Origin: an uncultured Thermoanaerobaculia bacterium
GTDB taxonomy: Bacteria; Acidobacteriota; Thermoanaerobaculia; Multivoradales; Multivoraceae
NCBI GenBank assembly: GCA_951813015.1
Contig: CATOTG010000011.1
Coordinates: 129,889 to 193,888 of the forward strand
Length of the DNA: 64,000 nt
Reading direction: 5' to 3'
Position numbers and translations under genes: made by a program. The notes beneath the pieces were generated by a model that was not told where the DNA came from, ran no database searches, and saw nothing but the letters and a program-made list of their open reading frames with translations. Position 1 is the stretch's first letter; the number at the start of each line of letters is the position of its first letter. Positions 40,425 to 51,654 of the stretch are shown here, piece by piece.

Positions 40425-41191
40425 GGATCGCCCGCCTGGCAGGCGCCCGGCAAGAAACCGTTCGGCGCCTCCGGTGGCGGCAGCGCGCCCGCCAGGTCCC
40501 GTGCCGGCCCTCTCTGTTCCCAGAGCAGTTCGAGACCGGTCTCGGGCTCGACCAGCCGGGAGAGACCGTCCGCGTCGAGATCCCACGAGGCTCTCGTCTC
40601 CGTTCCCCGGTGAAGAGTCCAGCGGCGCGGGCCGTTCGCGGCCGTCGCAGCCGTCCAGCGCCGACCCCAACGGTCCTCGAAGTCGAGTTCGACGATGGCG
40701 GCGCCGGACCTGGCTGCCGCCGCCACCGTTTTCGTGTCGAGCGGCGGCGCCGGCAGTCGCCCCAGCAGCAGCGCGGCAACGGCGCCGGCGGGCGCCGGGC
40801 CCAGGGACAGGGCGGGAACTTCCAACTCGCCGCGATAACGGCAGAAGGTTCGCTCGCGCACCCACAACACCAGGGCATCGCTTTCCTGGACGTTCAGATC
40901 CCACCATCGGCGCCCCAACCGATCCGAGGCCTCCACCTGAAAGCGCTCCGGCGACTCGAAACGCAACACCAGGCGTAACGTGCCTCTCCCCTGCGGACCG
41001 GCGTACCGCATCCGAAAGATGCGTTGGCTGCGCCACTCCCCCGCCGGAATCTCCCACGGCAACACAGCGGCAGCAGCGCCGTCGCCGCGCGCGGACAAGC
41101 TCAGACCCGAGCCGCCAGTGGCACAAGCCGCAAGCCAGACGAGCAGTCCCGGCAGCAGCAGCGCCGCCGCCGGCCGGTTCGCGGGTGTCAG
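40421..41191 (-). CDS. putative outer-membrane lipoprotein (LolB-like position upstream of ispE)
   Basis: An in-frame CTG at 41191 is preceded by GGAGG. It gives MTPANRPAAALLLPGLLVWLAAC-ATGG, a canonical lipoprotein signal with lipobox. The alternative ATG at 41272 overlaps the TPR gene by 58 nt. Confidence 0.55.
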   Translation of the reverse strand: MTPANRPAAALLLPGLLVWLAACATGGSGLSLSARGDGAAAAVLPWEIPAGEWRSQRIFRMRYAGPQGRGTLRLVLRFESPERFQVEASDRLGRRWWDLNVQESDALVLWVRERTFCRYRGELEVPALSLGPAPAGAVAALLLGRLPAPPLDTKTVAAAARSGAAIVELDFEDRWGRRWTAATAANGPRRWTLHRGTETRASWDLDADGLSRLVEPETGLELLWEQRGPARDLAGALPPPEAPNGFLPGACQAGDP

Positions 41192-41213
41192 CGGACCTCC
41201 AGCAGCCGCCCGG

Positions 41214-43304
41214 CTAACGCCGGGCCAGTTCGCCCAGCTTGCGACGCACGGATTCGACGTTCTCCTCGTCATCGATCGCCAGTGCGTGCTCGTAAGCCTC
41301 CCGAGCTCGCCGGATATCGCCGAGCGCGACATAGACATCGCCGAGATGCTCCAGGATGGTGGAATCCTCCGGCGCCAACTCGTTCGCCCGCTCCAGGTGA
41401 CGGCTGGCCTCCTCGAACTGACCCAACCGGAACAGCGCCCAGCCCAGCGAGTCGACGTAGGCGCCGTTGTTCGGTTCGAGCGCCACGGCCCGACGCACGA
41501 GTTCAAGCGCCTGCTCCAGGTTCTCCCCGTTGTCGGCCCACATGTAGCCCAGGTAGTTCATCGCCGTGCTGTTCTCGGGCTGGATCTCGAGCACCGCCTG
41601 GAACTGCTCGGCCGCCTCCTCGAACCGGCGCGTGCGCTCGTACGCCTCGCCGAGCTGGAAGAACAGACCCGCCCTGAGCGTCTCCGGGTCCAGATCGAAG
41701 CCGGTCTCCGCGCCGCTGCCCATCCGCACCAACGCCAGCTCGATCAGGGGCGCGGACTCCTCGAACCGGCCGCGTGCGCGCCAGAAATCGGCGATCCCGA
41801 CCAACTGCCGGACGTCTCCAGCCGCCGCGAACCGATCCAGCACCCGGACGGCGTGACGCGCCTCGTCGAGGTCGACGTAGATCCCGGCCTTCCTGAGGAT
41901 GGCCTGCACGTCGGGGTCACCGGCCTCGCCGCCACGGAGCAACCGCTTGGTGGCCATCGTGTCGCGACGGAGGATGGCCATCGCACGCCGCTTTCGGCCC
42001 GCCTCTGCAAGCAACTCCGCCTGACTCAGCAGGAGTTCCACCGATTCACCGCGCCGCTCGGTTTCGGACTCCAGTTCGGCCAGGGCCTGATCGGTCTTGC
42101 CCAACCGCCGAAGCGCCTCGACCAGAAGACCGAGACCGAAATCCGCGCTGTCCCGGCCCTGCTGCGTTCCCCGGTCGGCGCGGTCGACCATGCCCCTGCC
42201 GATCTGGCGGATCCGCTCCCACTCACCCGCCTCCATCAGCCGTCCAACGAGCTCCCGGAGAAGCTGGGGGTCGTCCGGCTGCTCTCTTCGCAGTCCCTCG
42301 AGAAGGTCGATTGCCTCCGGTCCACGGCCCGAGGCGCCCAGGATGCGAGCTTCGAGTACCCGAGCTCCCGGGTTCCGACGCGCGACCCGCGGCAGTCCCC
42401 GCAGAAGGCGGAGAGCCTCGGCAAGGTCCGCTGCGCGCTGATCCGGCGTGCGCCCGGGAGACGTGGCGCGCCGGTAGTACTCCTCCGCCAGAGCCCCCTG
42501 AACGGGGATGCTGTCGGCCAACTCCGCGGCCAGGCCCTCCAGCATCTCTATCGCCCTGGTGTGGTTGCCCTGGCGACTCTCCCGCCCCGCGAGCTCCAGC
42601 CGCTCCTCGACCGAGCGCTCCTCGGCCGAACGTTCATCGAACCGGCGGATGTCGGCCTCGACCTGCCGCGCCCGTTCGTCCTCGCCGGCCTCCCTCAGGG
42701 CGCCGGCCAGCATGCGCTGGAGTTGACGGTTGCCGTTGTGGTAGCTGACCAGCTCCTCGAGCACGGCCGCCGCCTCCCCCTGCTGCCCCAGAGCCACACG
42801 GATCTGGGACAGAAGCAGCATGCCCTCGATATCGTTCGGCGCCAGCTCGCGCAGCGCTTCGAGCGCTTCCAGGGCGCGGTCCACCGCTTCCCGGTCCCGG
42901 GCCCGGTCGGAGAGGCCCATCTGAATCCGCCCGTATCTGCGCAACACGTCGACGTCATCGGGCGCGTTCCGGTACGCAACGTCCAGGTGTTCCGCCGCCT
43001 CCTCGAGCCGCTGAAGCTGAATCAGGAAGTCGGCGAGTCCAACCCTGAGAAAGGGCGCGTCCGGATCCATGACGACCGCCCGCTCGAAGAGCTCCAGCGC
43101 CTCGTCGGTTCGGCCTTGCTCGCCGGCCAGCATGCGGGCTGCCGCGAACAGGAACGGACCACTTTCGGCGGTCGGCTCATCGCCCTCCTGGCCAGCGGCG
43201 CCCAAGGCGCCAAGGCACAGCAGAACAAGCCATGCCGCGACTGTCTTTCGACGCCGCGTCCCTGGGGTCGAAGACGCCTGGTTGAGTATCGGGGAGTCCA
43301 TGCG
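41214..43304 (-). CDS. secreted TPR-repeat protein
   Basis: Signal peptide (WLVLLCLGALGAAGQ), then about 15 TPR-like repeats. The start is at ATG 43304 or 43352. Confidence 0.7.
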   Translation of the reverse strand, partial: RMDSPILNQASSTPGTRRRKTVAAWLVLLCLGALGAAGQEGDEPTAESGPFLFAAARMLAGEQGRTDEALELFERAVVMDPDAPFLRVGLADFLIQLQRLEEAAEHLDVAYRNAPDDVDVLRRYGRIQMGLSDRARDREAVDRALEALEALRELAPNDIEGMLLLSQIRVALGQQGEAAAVLEELVSYHNGNRQLQRMLAGALREAGEDERARQVEADIRRFDERSAEERSVEERLELAGRESRQGNHTRAIEMLEGLAAELADSIPVQGALAEEYYRRATSPGRTPDQRAADLAEALRLLRGLPRVARRNPGARVLEARILGASGRGPEAIDLLEGLRREQPDDPQLLRELVGRLMEAGEWERIRQIGRGMVDRADRGTQQGRDSADFGLGLLVEALRRLGKTDQALAELESETERRGESVELLLSQAELLAEAGRKRRAMAILRRDTMATKRLLRGGEAGDPDVQAILRKAGIYVDLDEARHAVRVLDRFAAAGDVRQLVGIADFWRARGRFEESAPLIELALVRMGSGAETGFDLDPETLRAGLFFQLGEAYERTRRFEEAAEQFQAVLEIQPENSTAMNYLGYMWADNGENLEQALELVRRAVALEPNNGAYVDSLGWALFRLGQFEEASRHLERANELAPEDSTILEHLGDVYVALGDIRRAREAYEHALAIDDEENVESVRRKLGELARR

Positions 43305-43553
43305 GCCGCCAAGGTTAGCAGTCCCGGCGACCGGTCCTCGGCGGATTCGCAACCTCGGTGCAGCCGCTCGCGGAAGACGATCAAGACGGATCCATCGCAG
43401 TCCCGGCGACCGGTCTTCGGCGGATTCGCGGCCCCGTGATGCCTTTACCGAAACCGCCCCCAGGCGCTAGAATGACCGATTCACGGCCAGTCGCCCGGCG
43501 GTCTTCGACATACCGCCCGCAGCCTGGCCAACGGCTTTCAGGAGGCGCTCCAG

Positions 43554-43820
43554 ATGATCAAGGCGGACATCGTGAACCGGGTCGCCGAGAACTCGGATCT
43601 TCCCCGCGTCAAGGCCGCCCGAGCCGTCGACACGATCCTCGGCGCGATGAAGACCGCCCTCGGCGACGGCAAGCGAATCGAGCTCCGCGGCTTCGGCGTC
43701 TTCCAGGTTCGCAACCGCAAGCGCGGCGTGGGGCGCAACCCGAAGACCGGCGTCGAGGTGACGATCGCGCCCGGCAAGACGGTCCGGTTCAAGCCGGGCA
43801 AGGAACTCAAGAACCTCTAG
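43554..43820 (+). CDS. HU/IHF family nucleoid DNA-binding protein
   Basis: GFGVFQVRNRKRGVGRNPKTGVEVTIAPGKTVRFKPGKEL. AGGAGG SD. TAGAAT -10-like at 43466. Confidence 0.85.
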   Translation: MIKADIVNRVAENSDLPRVKAARAVDTILGAMKTALGDGKRIELRGFGVFQVRNRKRGVGRNPKTGVEVTIAPGKTVRFKPGKELKNL

Positions 43821-43902
43821 AGGCCTGACCTGTACAGTTGACGCAAGTTCCGCCGAGTGGGTGCGCCGGCCTGCACGCTCGGCGGTCTGAGGCGAAGCCT
43901 CG

Positions 43903-44352
43903 CTAGTTCTTCCGTCGAAACTCCAGCACGAACGTCACCGGTCCGTCGTTCACCAGGCGCACCTCCATCCGGGCGCCGAAACGGCCGCCTTCGACGACCA
44001 GTCCCGCCTCCTCCAGCCGCCCGCGCAGCCTGGCCAGCAGCGGCTCTGCCACCTCCGGACGTGCCGCCCGGTCGAAGGAAGGACGTCTTCCCTTCCGTGT
44101 CGAGGCCGCGAGCGTGAACTGCGAAACGAGCAGGATCGCGCCGCCTGCCTGCCTCACGTCGAGGTTCATCCTCCCCTGCCCGTCGTCGAAGATGCGCAGA
44201 CGGGCCAGTCTGGCCGCCGCGGCAGCCGCCTGGTCCTCGCCGTCGCCGACCTCCACTCCCGCCAGCACAAGCAGACCGCCGTCGATCCGGCCGACGGTCC
44301 GGCCGTCGACCGTCACCGACGCTGAACTGACCCGCTGCACGACCAGGCGCAC
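43903..44352 (-). CDS. dtd: D-aminoacyl-tRNA deacylase
   Basis: [17 protein letters not shown]...SQFTL...[10 protein letters not shown]. 149 aa from GTG 44352. The rest of ORF 43903..45378 is spurious. Confidence 0.85.
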   Translation of the reverse strand: MRLVVQRVSSASVTVDGRTVGRIDGGLLVLAGVEVGDGEDQAAAAAARLARLRIFDDGQGRMNLDVRQAGGAILLVSQFTLAASTRKGRRPSFDRAARPEVAEPLLARLRGRLEEAGLVVEGGRFGARMEVRLVNDGPVTFVLEFRRKN

Positions 44353-44606
44353 GCCGGAACGATACAGCCGAACTGACGCCCGTCGCCGCGATGCCTTCGC
44401 TCTCCAGGCAGTGACTTGCCGCGCCAAGCCGCTCCCCGGCCCGCTCGTCCAGCGGTTACGATCCAGGCCCCGGGCCGGGCGACGCTCCGGACCCGGCTTC
44501 CGTACAACAAGGCGAGAGACACGATGCCGGTCGTCCCGGGGACACTCGCCTGCCGAACACCAACCGCCCTCCCTCCCGAAACACCAGAAAGGACGCCTCT
44601 CCCGCC

Positions 44607-45059
44607 ATGTTGAACCACGTGATCCTGATCGGCCACCTCGGCCGCGACCCGGAACTCCGCACGACCCAATCCGGCCAGACCGTCGCCAACCTGAGGCTCG
44701 CCACGAGCCGGCGCTGGACCGACCGCGACGGCAACCGCCAGGAACAGACGGAATGGCACACGATCGTCTGCTGGGGCCGTCAGGCGGAAGTCGCCGGCCA
44801 GTACCTGACCAGAGGCAAGCTGGTGTCGGTCGAAGGCCGTCTGCAAACCCGTTCGTGGGAGGACAAGCAGACCGGCCAGAAGCGCTACGCGACCGAAATC
44901 GTCTGCCGAAACTTCCAGATGCTCGGCGGCCGCGGCGACACCGGCGGACAGCAGGACGGTCAGCCCGGCCATGGGCGAAACCAGAGCGCAGCCGCCCAGT
45001 CAGCGCCCCAGGACCCCGGCTTCGATCCCGCCGGCGCCGACGACGACATCCCCTTCTGA
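44607..45059 (+). CDS. ssb: single-stranded DNA-binding protein
   Basis: [18 protein letters not shown]...[14 protein letters not shown] fold. Acidic C-terminus ending DDDIPF. Confidence 0.9.
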   Translation: MLNHVILIGHLGRDPELRTTQSGQTVANLRLATSRRWTDRDGNRQEQTEWHTIVCWGRQAEVAGQYLTRGKLVSVEGRLQTRSWEDKQTGQKRYATEIVCRNFQMLGGRGDTGGQQDGQPGHGRNQSAAAQSAPQDPGFDPAGADDDIPF

Positions 45060-45136
45060 ACAACTGCGGTGCGCCGGGTCGCCCCCGCCCGCGTGCCGGT
45101 CGTGGCGCAGAATCGAGACCACTTGCAAGCGCGCTC

Positions 45137-45160
45137 TCCGACCTGTTTGCCGCGGGTCTT
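45137..45160. terminator. 8-bp-stem hairpin (gccgcggg-tcttctgg-cccgcggc) between convergent ssb and mutS
   Basis: Inverted repeat seen directly. Candidate bidirectional terminator. Confidence 0.35.
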
Positions 45161-45221
45161 CTGGCCCGCGGCAGACAGCGGCCGGCGCCGCGAAGCGGCG
45201 AGTTCGAGGCGTCGAGCCCGT

Positions 45222-47891
45222 CTACCCGCCGCCGGACCCTGAAGTCTCCGGCGGCTTCACGCCGGACCTGAGCCGATCCTGAAGGGTCTGCAGGAGGTTC
45301 AAAGCGGCCACCGGCGTCAACTTGTTCACGTCGACCGCCCGCAGCGCCTCGATCACCGCCTCGTCCTGGCCATCCCATAGCGCGAGCTGGTCGGGAAGCT
45401 GGTCAAGCGGCGCGCCGGCCGCGCCGAGTGCGACCCGCGGCTTGCCGGAGAAGCTGAACTGCTGGGATTCGATGTTGGCCAGTACCGCCGCCGCTCGCTC
45501 GACCACCTCCACGGGGACTCCGGCCAGGCGCGCGACGTGCAGTCCGTAGGACTTGTCCGCGCGGCCGGCCGCGACCCGGTGAAGGAACAGGATCCGGTCC
45601 TGCCATTCCTTGACCGCCATCCGGCGATTCGCAACCCGAACGAGCGTGGCCGGCAGACCGGTCAACTCGTGGTAGTGGGTGGCAAAGAGCGCCAGGCACC
45701 CGTTGTGCTCGTGGAGGCGCTCGACGATCGCCCAGGCCAGCGACAGCCCGTCGTAGGTCGAGGTGCCGCGCCCCACTTCGTCGAGCACGACCAGGCTGTC
45801 GCGTGTCGCGTGGCGCAGGATGTTCGCGGTTTCGACCATTTCCACCATGAACGTGGACTCCCCGCGCGCCAGATCGTCGCTCGCGCCGACGCGGGTGAAG
45901 ATGCGGTCGACCAGACCGATCTCAGCGCTCTCGGCGGGCACGAAGCTGCCGGCGTGGGCCATCAGCACGATCAGCGCGACCTGTCTCAGGTAGGTCGACT
46001 TGCCGCCCATGTTGGGACCCGTGAGCAGCACGATCTGCTCCTTCTCGCGGTCGAGTGCGGCATCGTTCGGAACGAAGCCCGAGGCGCCGCGCACCGCCGC
46101 CGAGGACCGTTCGACCACCGGATGGCGCCCTTCGCGAATGTCGACCCGGCCGCCGGCCGGCAGCATCCGCGGCCGCACATAGGCGTAGCGGCCGGCAGCC
46201 TCGGCCAGAGCCACCAGGCAGTCGACCTCAGCCAGCGCGGCGGCGAGTTCCAGGAGCCCCGGCGCCTGGCCCGCAGCCTCCCTGCGCAAGTTCTCGAACA
46301 ACTCCTGTTCCAGCGCCAGTTGCCCGCTCTCCGCGCCGAGGATCTGTTCCTCCAGCGTCTTCAGCTCGTCCGTCACGTAACGCTCGGCGTTGGTCAGCGT
46401 CTGCCGGCGGACATAGTGGTCGGGAACGCGATCCTGCTGGGTCTTGCGGACCTCGAAGTAGTAGCCGAAGACCCGGTTGTAGCCAACCTTGAGCGTCGCG
46501 ATGCCGGTCGCCTCGCGCTCGCCGGCTTCAAGCGCCGCAATGTGGCCCTTGCCGTCCCGCGCCAGCGACCGGAGACGGTCCAGCTCGTCGTCGACGCCAG
46601 CGGCGATCACGCCGCCTTCCGTCAGGGACCCGGGCGTCTCCGCCAGCACCGCGTCCAGCCTCGCGCGGAGCCTGGCCAGCGGATTCACTGCCCGCAGACG
46701 TTCCAGCCGGTCCGCCTGAAGCCCCTCGAGGGCCCCCAGCACGCACGGCGCCTCGCGCAGGGTGTCCCGCAGCGCGCCCGCCTCCCGCGGCGTGATTCGC
46801 CCCAGGACCGCACGCGAAGTGAGACGCTCCAGATCGCCAATCCGCTTCAAGCGCGACCGGAGCGCCTCCCTCCGGGCAATGCCCGAGAGCAGGGCGGCCA
46901 CTGCGTCATGACGGTCGCCAAGCGCGGCCAGATCCCGCAGCGGCCGGCCCAGCCAGCGCCGCAGCATGCGCGCCCCCGGCCCGGTGAGGGTCAGGTCGAG
47001 CACCTCGACCAGGGTCCGGCCCGCCTGATGCCGGAGGTGGCGGAAGACCTCCAGGTTGCGCAGCGTCGTCTCGTCCAGAACGACACACCGGTCGTCATGC
47101 TGGACCTCGAGGGCGGCAACGTGGTCGACGTCGGACCGGGCGGCGCGGCGGGCATAGTCCAGGACCAGGGCCGCCGCGGTCACCGCGGCCTCGCCCTCCA
47201 CCAGCCCGAAGCCGCGCAGATTCTCAACGCCGAACTGCCGCCGCAGCGCACGTTCGGCGGACGTGGGCCGGGGCGCCTCGGGCTCGTCGAGTTCCGTGTG
47301 CGGTGTGCCGGCGCGCGCTATCCACGCCGCCAGATGGCCGTCCGGGTCGCCCCCGCCGACCTCGAAGTCGGCGGCGCGGGTGAGGACTTCGCGCGGCGCC
47401 AGCCGTTCCAGGTCCTCGACCGCCTCCGCGGCGTCCGGCCAACGTCGCACGAAGAACTCGCCGGTCGAGACGTCGAGAAAGGCGCCCGCCCCGGACTCCC
47501 CGTCAAACCGGATTCCGGCCAGGTAGTTCGGACGGGCCTGGTCCAGCATTTCGAGGTCGTTGATCGTGCCCGGCGTCACAATCCGCGTCACCTCGCGACG
47601 GACCAAACCACGCGCCTGCGCCGGATCCTCCACCTGATCGCAGACCGCGACCTTGAAGCCGGCCTCCAGCAACCGTCCGATGTAGGCGTCGGCCGCATGA
47701 TGGGGGACGCCGCACATCGGCGCCTCGCTGGCCGTCCCCTTCTGGCGCGCGGTCAGGGCCAGGTCGAGCACCTGCGCCGCGGTCACCGCGTCCTCGAAGA
47801 ACATCTCGAAGAAGTCGCCCATCCGGTAGAGGAGGATGGCATCGGGATGCTCCGCCTTCACCGTCAGGTAGTGCCGGAGCATCGGCGTCAT
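45222..47891 (-). CDS. mutS: DNA mismatch repair protein MutS
   Basis: [17 protein letters not shown]...GDFFEMF. Walker [27 protein letters not shown]. Start at the internal ATG (M45 of the track ORF). Confidence 0.9.
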   Translation of the reverse strand: MTPMLRHYLTVKAEHPDAILLYRMGDFFEMFFEDAVTAAQVLDLALTARQKGTASEAPMCGVPHHAADAYIGRLLEAGFKVAVCDQVEDPAQARGLVRREVTRIVTPGTINDLEMLDQARPNYLAGIRFDGESGAGAFLDVSTGEFFVRRWPDAAEAVEDLERLAPREVLTRAADFEVGGGDPDGHLAAWIARAGTPHTELDEPEAPRPTSAERALRRQFGVENLRGFGLVEGEAAVTAAALVLDYARRAARSDVDHVAALEVQHDDRCVVLDETTLRNLEVFRHLRHQAGRTLVEVLDLTLTGPGARMLRRWLGRPLRDLAALGDRHDAVAALLSGIARREALRSRLKRIGDLERLTSRAVLGRITPREAGALRDTLREAPCVLGALEGLQADRLERLRAVNPLARLRARLDAVLAETPGSLTEGGVIAAGVDDELDRLRSLARDGKGHIAALEAGEREATGIATLKVGYNRVFGYYFEVRKTQQDRVPDHYVRRQTLTNAERYVTDELKTLEEQILGAESGQLALEQELFENLRREAAGQAPGLLELAAALAEVDCLVALAEAAGRYAYVRPRMLPAGGRVDIREGRHPVVERSSAAVRGASGFVPNDAALDREKEQIVLLTGPNMGGKSTYLRQVALIVLMAHAGSFVPAESAEIGLVDRIFTRVGASDDLARGESTFMVEMVETANILRHATRDSLVVLDEVGRGTSTYDGLSLAWAIVERLHEHNGCLALFATHYHELTGLPATLVRVANRRMAVKEWQDRILFLHRVAAGRADKSYGLHVARLAGVPVEVVERAAAVLANIESQQFSFSGKPRVALGAAGAPLDQLPDQLALWDGQDEAVIEALRAVDVNKLTPVAALNLLQTLQDRLRSGVKPPETSGSGGG

Positions 47892-48004
47892 CGCCGAGAG
47901 CTCCCGCGCCGGCGCCCGCGATCCGGCGGCCGACGCCCGCGAATCCTCCGCGTCTTCGGCGGTGCTCGATGTAACCACGGGCGACCGGCAGTATATTGAC
48001 CGGC

Positions 48005-48706
48005 ATGGCGCCGCTGCTCGCACTCGACACCGGCTCGGCGGTCGTCAGCGTGGCGGTCGGCGAACCGGGCAACTTCGAGGTCCTGTCCGCGCCCCAGGGG
48101 CGTTCGTCGCGCGAGTTGATCGCGATGATCGACGAGCTGCTGGGCCGCGGCGGCATGACGCCGCGGGACCTCGCGGGCATCGGGGCCGCTCGCGGACCGG
48201 GGAGCTTCACCGGTCTGCGGGTTGGATTGGCCACGGCGCTGGGACTTCACCAGGCCTCCGGCGTTCTGGCGGGCGCCGCATCGACGTTCGAGATCCTGGC
48301 CGCCCACTACTTCGAGCGCACGGGCAACGGCGCGTCCGAGGTGGTGGCCGTCATCGACGCCCTGCGTGAGCGCTGGTACGCCCAGCCCATGCGACGGCGG
48401 GAGAACGGCAGGATCGAAGTCGTCGGTCCGCCGGAGATCAGAGATCAGGCCGACCTCATCCGCGGCCGGCTGCCGCTCGTCGGGCAGGGCGTGTTCCGGC
48501 TTCCCGGCCCGGCCGGTGGTGCGATCGAAGCGTCCGAGCTCGCGCCGACCCTGCTCCAGCTCATGGCGGACGGCGACGTGAGCCGGGATGGCCGAACGCT
48601 GACCGAGCCGCTCTACCTGCGCTCGCCGGCCACCAGCCCGTCGACTCGCCCACCCGGCAGCCCGCGCCCGAATCGACAGCGTCTCCGCGCCCGCAGACCG
48701 ACCTGA
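48005..48706 (+). CDS. tsaB: tRNA threonylcarbamoyladenosine biosynthesis protein TsaB (YeaZ)
   Basis: MAPLLALDTGSAVVSVAV... GPGSFTGLRVGLATALGL. Confidence 0.7.
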   Translation: MAPLLALDTGSAVVSVAVGEPGNFEVLSAPQGRSSRELIAMIDELLGRGGMTPRDLAGIGAARGPGSFTGLRVGLATALGLHQASGVLAGAASTFEILAAHYFERTGNGASEVVAVIDALRERWYAQPMRRRENGRIEVVGPPEIRDQADLIRGRLPLVGQGVFRLPGPAGGAIEASELAPTLLQLMADGDVSRDGRTLTEPLYLRSPATSPSTRPPGSPRPNRQRLRARRPT

Positions 48707-48793
48707 CGGAAGCGGGTTCAAACCTGCTAGCTGCTAGTCTCCTTGCAGAGACTGTTCGGAGCCGGGACAACCACGAAGGGAGGCGCGTACCGA

Positions 48794-49021
48794 ATGAGCG
48801 ATGACGCAGTCAAGGAAGAGCTTCTGGCCCAGGAGGGTGAGTTCCGCAAGCTCTACGACGAGCATCAGGCCTGTGAGAGCCAACTCGAAGAACTGGTCGG
48901 TCGTCCCGTCCTGTCGCCGATCGACCACTCCGAGGCCAAGCGCATCAAGCTTCACAAACTCGCCCTCAAGGACCGCATGGAGTCGATCCTCCGGTCACAC
49001 GCTCTTCAAGCCGCCAGGTAG
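48794..49021 (+). CDS. DUF465/YdcH-family small protein
   Basis: MSDDAVKEELLAQEGEFRKLYDEHQACESQLEEL... The ATG is preceded by GAAGGGAGG. Confidence 0.6.
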   Translation: MSDDAVKEELLAQEGEFRKLYDEHQACESQLEELVGRPVLSPIDHSEAKRIKLHKLALKDRMESILRSHALQAAR

Positions 49022-49090
49022 CGCGGCAAGGCCCCACCCCCCGCCGTTTCACGCCCGGCGATACGGACGCGTCGGGGCGGACCTGAACGG

Positions 49091-49789
49091 ATGAGATTCA
49101 CACGGGAAGCCTGGCCCTTCGTGCTGCCGTTCCTGGCTCTTGCCGGCGTGTTCTGGCTGGTCGGCGTTCTTCCGGCTGCTGTCGCGATGACAGCGCTCGG
49201 TCTTCTGGTGCTTCTCTTCTTCCGCGATCCGACGCGGAACTATGACGGCCCCCCCGACGTCGTTCTCGCGCCCGCCGAGGGCACGGTCACCGCGGTCGAG
49301 GTCATCACCGACAGCGCTCTCGGTGACGAAACGTGGCGCCGCATCTCGATCTTTCTGTCGGTGTTCAACGTGCATACCCAGAAGACGCCCGTGGAGGGGG
49401 TCGTGATCGGCAGCATCGCGACACCGGGCAAGAAGCTGCCGGCGTACCGCAAGGAGGCGGGCGACGTGAACGAGAACCACCTGACCCTGCTCCGCCGCAC
49501 CCAGGGCGACCTGATCGCGGTGCGCCAGATTGCCGGCCTGGTCGCGCGTCGCGTCGTCTCCCGCCTGCAGGCAGGTCAACGGGTGATCCAGGGAGAGCCC
49601 CTCGGCCTGATCAAGTTCGGTTCCAGAGTCGATGTGTTCGTACCGATGTCCTACGACCCGCTGGTTGAGAAGGGACAGCGCGTGATCTCCGGGGAGACGC
49701 CGATTGCCATGCCCACCGATCCGTCGACCCCGCCGCCCGGCGACTTCCCCGTCAGCAGGCCCTCGACCCGCCCTTCAGGCGCCCAATGA
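49091..49789 (+). CDS. psd: phosphatidylserine decarboxylase (short archaetidyl-type proenzyme)
   Basis: FLSVFNVH...cleavage-site motif GS(I/T). LIKFGSRVDVFVP. Confidence 0.8.
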   Translation: MRFTREAWPFVLPFLALAGVFWLVGVLPAAVAMTALGLLVLLFFRDPTRNYDGPPDVVLAPAEGTVTAVEVITDSALGDETWRRISIFLSVFNVHTQKTPVEGVVIGSIATPGKKLPAYRKEAGDVNENHLTLLRRTQGDLIAVRQIAGLVARRVVSRLQAGQRVIQGEPLGLIKFGSRVDVFVPMSYDPLVEKGQRVISGETPIAMPTDPSTPPPGDFPVSRPSTRPSGAQ

Positions 49790-50628
49790 CCTGGAAGCGG
49801 CCCGGAAGACGCGGCAGGCCCTTGCGAGCAGGGGCCAACTCCAGGTTCGATACGGGGTCGTCGGCCCCACCGCGCAGACCTTTGCGAGCGGGGGCCTACC
49901 TCATCCCCAGCCTGTTCACGACGGCGAACATGCTGCTCGGTTTCTACGCTCTGCTGGCAGGCCTGGAAGGACAGTTTCGGGCCGCAGTTCTGATGCTCTT
50001 CGCGGCCGCCGTGCTCGACACGCTGGACGGCCGGATCGCGCGTCTGACCAGTACCGCAAGCCCTTTCGGACGGGAGTACGACTCGCTCGCCGACCTGGTT
50101 TCCTTCGGCCTCGCGCCCGCCCTGCTCTGCTACCTGTGGGGCCTGGACGAACTCGGCCGGGTCGGCTTCGCGGCCCCCGCCGTCTACCTCCTCTGCAGCG
50201 CGGCAAGGCTCGCCCGCTTCAACGTCAGCCGGAGCACGACCGATCCCAGGTACTTCATCGGCTTGCCCGCGCCCGCGGCAGCCGGCGCCATCGGCTCGAT
50301 CCTCTTCTTCGTCGACACCAGGGGCGACTCCTTCGTGCTCCAGCTCGCGGTCCTCGGCGCCCTGGTCCTCGTCGGCCTGCTCTCGGTGTCCACCTTCCGC
50401 TACCTGAGCTTCAAGGAAATCGACTTCCGGCGCCGCAGGGGCTTCCGCGTCGTCGTGGTCATCGCCGCGATCACGGTCCTCGCCCTGATCCACATCGGTC
50501 TCTTCTTCCTCGTGGGCGCCTGGAGCTACGCACTTTCGGGACCGACGGCCTGGCTGGGAAGAAGGCTGCGCCGACGAGGCCGGACCGGTCGCACCGAGGC
50601 CGAGGCGGCAGCCGACCCCGGCGCCTGA
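49786..50628 (+). CDS. pssA: CDP-diacylglycerol--serine O-phosphatidyltransferase
   Basis: CDP-alcohol phosphatidyltransferase motif DTLDGRIARLT...GREYDSLADLVSFG. ATGA overlap with psd. Confidence 0.8.
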   Translation: MTWKRPGRRGRPLRAGANSRFDTGSSAPPRRPLRAGAYLIPSLFTTANMLLGFYALLAGLEGQFRAAVLMLFAAAVLDTLDGRIARLTSTASPFGREYDSLADLVSFGLAPALLCYLWGLDELGRVGFAAPAVYLLCSAARLARFNVSRSTTDPRYFIGLPAPAAAGAIGSILFFVDTRGDSFVLQLAVLGALVLVGLLSVSTFRYLSFKEIDFRRRRGFRVVVVIAAITVLALIHIGLFFLVGAWSYALSGPTAWLGRRLRRRGRTGRTEAEAAADPGA

Positions 50629-50712
50629 CGCGGCCGATTCGCGGCCGATACACCGACTTGCAGAATGGTGGGGAGTCCCGGTTCAGCCGCCCGCTGCTAC
50701 TCTCCGCGGCCC

Positions 50713-51654
50713 ATGACGACTGCCTCGCCCAGCAACCATCACCGCCTCACGATTCTCGGCTCGGGGCCGGCCGGTCTCACCGCGGCCCTCTACGCCGCCC
50801 GGGCCGACCTGGCGCCCCTCGTCCTCGAGGGCAGCCAGCCCGGCGGCCAGCTGACGATCACCACCGATGTCGAGAACTACCCGGGATTCCCCGAGGGGAT
50901 CATGGGACCCGAGCTGATCGACCAGATGCGGGCCCAGGCCCGGCGCTTCGGCGCCGACACCCGATTCGAGACCGGCGCCTTCGTCGCTCTGAACGAGCGG
51001 CCGTTCCGGATCGAGACGGACGGCGGCGAGTACTCGACCGACGCCCTGATCATCGCCACCGGCGCCTCGGCCCGCCAGTTGGGCCTTTCCTCGGAGGCGG
51101 AGCTCATGGGGTACGGCGTCTCGGCCTGCGCCACCTGCGACGGCTTCTTCTTCCGCGACAAGGAGCTCGTCGTGGTGGGCGGCGGCGACACGGCGATGGA
51201 AGAGGCCACCTTCCTGACCAGGTTCGCCAGCAAGGTGACGATCGTTCACCGTCGCGGCGAACTGCGGGCCTCGGCGATCATGCGCGACCGCGCTGCCGCC
51301 AACGAGAAGATCGACTGGCGATTCCACGCCACGGTAGAGGAAATCCACGGTTCCCGGGCGGAGGGCGTGCGAGGCGTGCGCCTGCGCGACCCCCGCTCGG
51401 GCGACGAATCGGACTTCGCCTGCCAGGGCGTCTTCATGGCCATCGGCCATACCCCGAACACCGAGCTGTTCCGGGACAAGCTGGCGATGGACGAGGTGGG
51501 CTACCTCAAGGTGCACCATCCGGGCACCGCGACGGACATCGAGGGCGTATTCGCCTGCGGCGACGTGATGGATCCGACCTACCGCCAGGCGGTCACCGCC
51601 GCCGGCACCGGCTGCCAGGCCGCAATCGACGCCGAACGCTGGCTGAGCGAGTGA
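50713..51654 (+). CDS. trxB: thioredoxin-disulfide reductase
   Basis: [17 protein letters not shown]. Redox-active CATC ([10 protein letters not shown]). [12 protein letters not shown]. Confidence 0.9.
   Translation: MTTASPSNHHRLTILGSGPAGLTAALYAARADLAPLVLEGSQPGGQLTITTDVENYPGFPEGIMGPELIDQMRAQARRFGADTRFETGAFVALNERPFRIETDGGEYSTDALIIATGASARQLGLSSEAELMGYGVSACATCDGFFFRDKELVVVGGGDTAMEEATFLTRFASKVTIVHRRGELRASAIMRDRAAANEKIDWRFHATVEEIHGSRAEGVRGVRLRDPRSGDESDFACQGVFMAIGHTPNTELFRDKLAMDEVGYLKVHHPGTATDIEGVFACGDVMDPTYRQAVTAAGTGCQAAIDAERWLSE

Noticed and set aside
39486-41126. 546-aa minus-strand ORF
   Set aside because: Only the last about 313 codons (ispE, from GTG 40424) are real. The 5' part is Arg/Gly-rich nonsense overlapping the lipoprotein gene in another frame.
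41214-41272. An ATG at 41272 as the start of the LolB-like lipoprotein
   Set aside because: It would add a 27-residue extension ahead of an otherwise canonical signal peptide and overlap the TPR gene by 58 nt. The CTG at 41191 with GGAGG fits better. It is kept as an alternative in the feature note.
45537-47999. 820-aa plus-strand ORF antisense to mutS, and similar long antisense ORFs (3699..5249 and 5587..6573 opposite the kinase; 16638..17675 and 17856..19679 opposite mod/res)
   Set aside because: They lie antisense to genes with strong family signatures. Their translations are low-complexity (R/G/A/P/Q-rich) with no recognisable motifs. This is expected from GC-rich codon bias.
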